Shown: positions 55,542 through 59,172 of the stretch, piece after piece
How positions within the stretch are numbered: the first letter of the stretch is position 1
How the letters are laid out: each line of letters opens with the position of its first letter
Assembly: GCA_042577545.1 (NCBI GenBank)
Contig: JBHPDT010000003.1
Location: 1-59,172 of the forward strand
DNA: 59,172 bases
From: Candidatus Omnitrophota bacterium
Lineage (GTDB): Bacteria; Omnitrophota; Gorgyraeia; JABMRG01
Direction of reading: 5' to 3'
Translations under genes and position numbers: made by a program
The notes under the pieces: model-generated
What the model was told of the DNA's origin: nothing
Databases searched by the model: none
The model's input: only the letters and a program-made list of their open reading frames with translations

Positions 55542-56474
55542 CTACTTTCTATTCAAATAATCACTGACAGATCTTCTAAGACCATCAGCTGATAATACGT
55601 TACCAACATATCCTAGTTTATTCTCCAGTCTCTTAGTGCTATAACTTCTTTCTTTTAGAAAGTATCTCGTATATTTACCAAAAAAAGGAATACGAGCTAA
55701 ACAGGCTGTAAAAGATTGCGGAATATTAAAAGGGGGTTTAACACCTATCGTATCTGATATTATATGCAATACCTCTCTTATGCTCAAGGTTTCTTTATCC
55801 GCGACAATATATGTCCCTATCAATGCATTCTCATTATAGAGAGAAAGAACCATTATATCAATGAGATTGTGCACATTCATAATATGCAAACTATTATTTC
55901 CCTCGCCAAAAACAGGCAACAGCCTCCACTTAATCAATTTAATTAGAATTGGCAGGAAATGAGGCTCGCCCTCGCCACAAACAAAAGGAGGTCTTAATAT
56001 CGCGATATTAAGACCTTTTTCCCGATAAGTTAAGGCTATCTTTTCAGCCTCTATCTTAGATCTTCCATACTTATTGGTCGCACTGTATGCCATATCATCT
56101 GTCAGAGGTCTTTGTGAATTACCGCTCAACACGGCTACAGAGCTAAGATATATAACCTTCTTAACCTTAGCCTGCAGAGACGCTGACAAGACATTCTCTG
56201 TTCCGTGAGCATTAGCACGTCGGAGTTTATCATAATTGCTACTTTTAATGTTAGCTGCGCAGTGAAAAACTACCTCAGGCTTCTGAGTTCTGATCAGATT
56301 TTTCACTGACTCCGATTCTTCAATATTTAATCTGATCAATCTCACCTTGTGAGAAAGATGCGCAAGCTTAGATAGGCGACGACCAGTCGCGACAACATCA
56401 AACCCATCTTTAACAAGACGTTCTGTCAGATGTCTTCCTATAAAACCCGTGGCTCCGGTAACTAGTACTTTCAT
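55542..56474 (-). CDS. NAD-dependent epimerase/dehydratase-family SDR
   Basis: VTGATGFIGRHL and YGRSK (YxxxK). Confidence 0.8.
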   Translation of the reverse strand: MKVLVTGATGFIGRHLTERLVKDGFDVVATGRRLSKLAHLSHKVRLIRLNIEESESVKNLIRTQKPEVVFHCAANIKSSNYDKLRRANAHGTENVLSASLQAKVKKVIYLSSVAVLSGNSQRPLTDDMAYSATNKYGRSKIEAEKIALTYREKGLNIAILRPPFVCGEGEPHFLPILIKLIKWRLLPVFGEGNNSLHIMNVHNLIDIMVLSLYNENALIGTYIVADKETLSIREVLHIISDTIGVKPPFNIPQSFTACLARIPFFGKYTRYFLKERSYSTKRLENKLGYVGNVLSADGLRRSVSDYLNRK

Positions 56475-56486
56475 AAAAAGCGCTCA

Positions 56487-56530
56487 GGGACGTTGTTTGA
56501 GCATAACAACCTGTGCTCAAACAACGTCCC
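56487..56530. repeat. REP-like palindrome E3
   Basis: GGGACGTTGTTTGAGCA-taacaacctg-TGCTCAAACAACGTCCC is a perfect 17-bp stem. Its loop is the reverse complement of the E1 loop. It lies between the Ni-transporter and epimerase genes. Confidence 0.75.
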
Positions 56531-56545
56531 CAGTTAATATTTCTG

Positions 56546-57262
56546 TTAGAGACCGAGAAATTGGATAGCGATACCACAGAATAATATAGCAGCTCCGGCC
56601 AAGGCGTGAGAATAACGCTCTAAATGTCTTATCTTTACAAAGCTTATACCATATGAAGCTACTAAGACAACGCCCAGCATAGTAGATACAGTAACAAACC
56701 CAAATATTGTGGCAGTCATCACTACACCGAGTGCGCTGCTCTTTGAGGCAGGATACATCAGGATAGGAATCAAGGGCTCACACGGTCCCAACACAAATAT
56801 AGTAAACATAACCCATGGTGTTATATTCCGCTTTTCCTTTTTTCCATGGAGATGGATATGGCCGTAATCGTGGCTATGATCATGATGATGTCTTATGCCT
56901 TCATCGTGGTGCGCGTGAATATGAGAATGTGGCTTATTCTGGATAGCCTTACGTATGCCCCATAAAAGATAAGAAAACCCAAAACCTATTAGCGCCCAGG
57001 CTGCGAGATTACCTCTGAATGATTCAAGAAACTCAAGCCTCATAATATGTATGCCAAGGAATATGCCTACAGCGCCAAGAAGAATTGAACTTAATATATG
57101 ACCTATGCCACAAGCAAGTGTAATAATCAATGTCCGATTTATTGACCATCCCCTTGCCTTCTTCATCACTATGAAAGGCAGATAATGATCAGGCCCAAAT
57201 ATTGTGTGAAAAAAACCTATTGATGCAGCAGTAATATATAAAGCTATAAGCTCACTACTCAT
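56546..57262 (-). CDS. His-rich-loop metal (Ni/Co) transporter, NicO/RcnA/UreH-like
   Basis: About 6 TM segments with a central loop HSHIHAHHDEGIRHHHDHSHDYGHIHLH. It is adjacent to hypE and hypD. Confidence 0.6.
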   Translation of the reverse strand: MSSELIALYITAASIGFFHTIFGPDHYLPFIVMKKARGWSINRTLIITLACGIGHILSSILLGAVGIFLGIHIMRLEFLESFRGNLAAWALIGFGFSYLLWGIRKAIQNKPHSHIHAHHDEGIRHHHDHSHDYGHIHLHGKKEKRNITPWVMFTIFVLGPCEPLIPILMYPASKSSALGVVMTATIFGFVTVSTMLGVVLVASYGISFVKIRHLERYSHALAGAAILFCGIAIQFLGL

Positions 57263-57274
57263 ATTTCCTCTCCT

Positions 57275-58264
57275 TTAACATATTCTTGGTAATTGATCGG
57301 TTTCAAGCATAGGCAATATCCGGCTCGAACCGATCTCCATGTTAAGCACTACTTGTCTTTTATGTTTGCGATTAACACATCCGATAATTGCGCTACTCTT
57401 GCCAAGAGCCTTTTTAACCCTGGCAGAATCTTTCTCTTTGACAAAGCAAATAAACTTGCCCTCATTTGCTACATACAACGGGTCAAACCCCAGAATATCA
57501 CACAACTTTCTGGTATTACGTCTAACCGGTATATTCTTCTCATATATTTCAATACCCAAATCTGAGGTTTCCGCGATCTCATTTAAGGAGGTCGCCAGCC
57601 CTCCTCTTGTAGGATCACGCATAACGCTTACACTATTTGATACTGAAAGCACCTTCTGGATATCAAAATTTAAATTCCTGCAATCACTTTTAATGGTAGA
57701 GACGAATCCTAATTTCTCTCTGGCATTCAATATAGCCATTCCATGTTCTGCTATGGGGCCATTTATAATGATCAGATCACCCGCTCTTGCTTTTGAACCT
57801 ATCCTTACAGATGCTTTGTCTATTATGCCAATTCCGGATGTATTAATATATATCTTATCAGCGGCGCCCTTTTCAACAACCTTAGTATCGCCTGTTACCA
57901 CTTTTACCTTTGATTTTTCCGCAGCTTCTCGTATAGAGCTGAGTATCTTATGAAGCACTGAGAGCTTTAGCCCCTCTTCGATAATAAACGATAGTGATAT
58001 AAAAAGCGGCTTAGCGCCCTTCATCGATATATCATTTACTGTTCCATATACAGCGAGTTTTCCGATATCTCCGCCTGGAAAGAATATCGGTTTAATAACA
58101 AATGAGTCCGTACTAAAAGCAACTCTCTGCCTACCAAATGATAACTCTGCGGCATCAGTCTGCTCATTGAGTATCTTGTTTGAGAAATACTCCCCGAACT
58201 TATCAATAAGCTCATGCATCAAACGTCCACCATTACCATGGGCAAGAGTTATTTTTTTCTCCAT
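57275..58264 (-). CDS. hypE: Hydrogenase maturation protein HypE
   Basis: PurM-like fold, HGNGG, and the canonical C-terminal PRIC. Confidence 0.92.
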   Translation of the reverse strand: MEKKITLAHGNGGRLMHELIDKFGEYFSNKILNEQTDAAELSFGRQRVAFSTDSFVIKPIFFPGGDIGKLAVYGTVNDISMKGAKPLFISLSFIIEEGLKLSVLHKILSSIREAAEKSKVKVVTGDTKVVEKGAADKIYINTSGIGIIDKASVRIGSKARAGDLIIINGPIAEHGMAILNAREKLGFVSTIKSDCRNLNFDIQKVLSVSNSVSVMRDPTRGGLATSLNEIAETSDLGIEIYEKNIPVRRNTRKLCDILGFDPLYVANEGKFICFVKEKDSARVKKALGKSSAIIGCVNRKHKRQVVLNMEIGSSRILPMLETDQLPRIC

Positions 58265-58268
58265 TGAA

Positions 58269-59172
58269 TTATACCTTATATTTGTAGAATGCGGCGCAGG
58301 TTCCCTCAGATGATACCATACAAGGACCTATAGGCTTCAAGGGCGTGCAAGCCTTACCAAAAAGTTTACAATCCCTGGGGGAGCTTATACCCTGTAATAC
58401 ATTACCGCATAGACAGCCTTTTGGTGGTTTTGATTTAGGTATCTTTATACTAAATTCTCTTTGTGAGTCGAAATCCCTAAATTCTTTTCTTAACCTGAGC
58501 CCGCTTCTTGGAATCTCGCCGACACCTCTCCATTCAGAATCACACGCGCTAAAAACCTCAGAGAGAACCCTTCTTGCCTTTGCATTGCCAGCCTTGGTTA
58601 CTACTCTCTTATATTCGATCTCTACATTATAGCTCTTATCTCTTGCCTTCTCAATCAAACGCCTTATTCCCCTAAGTATATCCTCTGCGTCAAACCCCAT
58701 AATCACACAAGGCTTCTTATGTTTTTTTGCTATGGGCTCATAAGGTCCGATTCCTGTTATAACGCTTACATGACCTGGACATATGAAACCATCTATATTT
58801 ACTTTATCCGAGTTTAGCAATACACTCAAGGCGGGAAATACCAACTTAAAATTAGAAAGAAAGAAGATATTCTTCAGCCCCATCTTTTTTGCCTCAAGTA
58901 CTGTTGCCGCTATAGTCGGGGCTGTTGTCTCAAATCCAACCCCCATAAATACTACCCTCTTGTTTGGGTTATCTTCCGCTATCGATAGCGTATCCAGAGG
59001 CGAATACACTACACGAATATCTGCCCCATTCTCTTTAGCCTTATTAAAGCTCCCACAGGTTCCAGGCACACGCATCATGTCACCAAAGGTCGTCATTATC
59101 ACTCCCTCTAACGAGGCTATTGCGATCGCCCTATCTATATCTGTCTGCGTAACCTCACAGACAGATATAGAT
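58269..59172 (-). CDS. hypD: Hydrogenase maturation protein HypD (5' end outside window)
   Basis: TFGDMMRVPG, FETTAPT, PGHVS and CTPLKPIGPCMVSSEGTCAAFYKY. The frame stays open upstream of the track start to the window edge (..SVCEVTQTDIDRAIAIASLEGVIMTTFGD). Confidence 0.9.
   Translation of the reverse strand, partial: SISVCEVTQTDIDRAIAIASLEGVIMTTFGDMMRVPGTCGSFNKAKENGADIRVVYSPLDTLSIAEDNPNKRVVFMGVGFETTAPTIAATVLEAKKMGLKNIFFLSNFKLVFPALSVLLNSDKVNIDGFICPGHVSVITGIGPYEPIAKKHKKPCVIMGFDAEDILRGIRRLIEKARDKSYNVEIEYKRVVTKAGNAKARRVLSEVFSACDSEWRGVGEIPRSGLRLRKEFRDFDSQREFSIKIPKSKPPKGCLCGNVLQGISSPRDCKLFGKACTPLKPIGPCMVSSEGTCAAFYKYKV

Noticed and set aside
63-59172. All plus-strand ORFs in the six-frame track (for example 63-290, 3167-3436, 9708-10007, 34647-35042, 43433-43798, 47611-48192, 57339-57953)
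   Set aside because: Each lies entirely antisense to a longer minus-strand gene with clear family motifs. Their translations are low-complexity with no recognisable motifs or RBS context, so they are shadow ORFs.

Overview
This is a 59.2-kb AT-rich bacterial window in which every credible gene lies on the minus strand. No rRNA, tRNA or CRISPR array was seen.

Left part (1-18 kb):
- a CIRCE-controlled hrcA-grpE heat-shock operon
- a single 2,359-codon ORF that fuses a complete glycine-cleavage T/PA/PB/H set with a signal/anchor, a second degenerate T-like module, HEAT-like repeats and a C-terminal glycosyltransferase
- hflX, miaA and a TPR/SPOR gene
- a tightly coupled miaB-GT4-GT4-GH65 operon

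Middle part (18.0-46.4 kb): seven co-oriented cassettes, each headed by a decayed copy of the miaB 5' end (mini-ORF K-I-Y-L-K-T-F-G-C/W-Q/P-M). The array ends at the intact miaB. Cargo, in order:
1. a 12-gene MarR-headed cluster that looks like lipid biosynthesis (ACP, oxoamine synthase, lipid kinase, AIR-synthase-like, KAS, SDR, radical SAM, OYE reductase, UbiA, hydrolase)
2. a YhcG-nuclease/metallophosphoesterase module
3. AbiE toxin-antitoxin plus phosphatase plus PRiA4-like protein
4. XRE plus an amber-interrupted DUF4062/Schlafen-like ATPase, plus RAYT and a SWIM operon
5. rsgA
6. and 7. two B12-type radical SAM genes

Right part (46.5-59.2 kb): a porin-like OMP, DUF4186, a GH65 fused to a degenerate receiver, a TPR/PMT-like membrane protein, a CheY-like regulator, a radical SAM gene, an epimerase, a His-rich Ni transporter, hypE and a truncated hypD.

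All plus-strand ORFs in the track look like antisense shadows.
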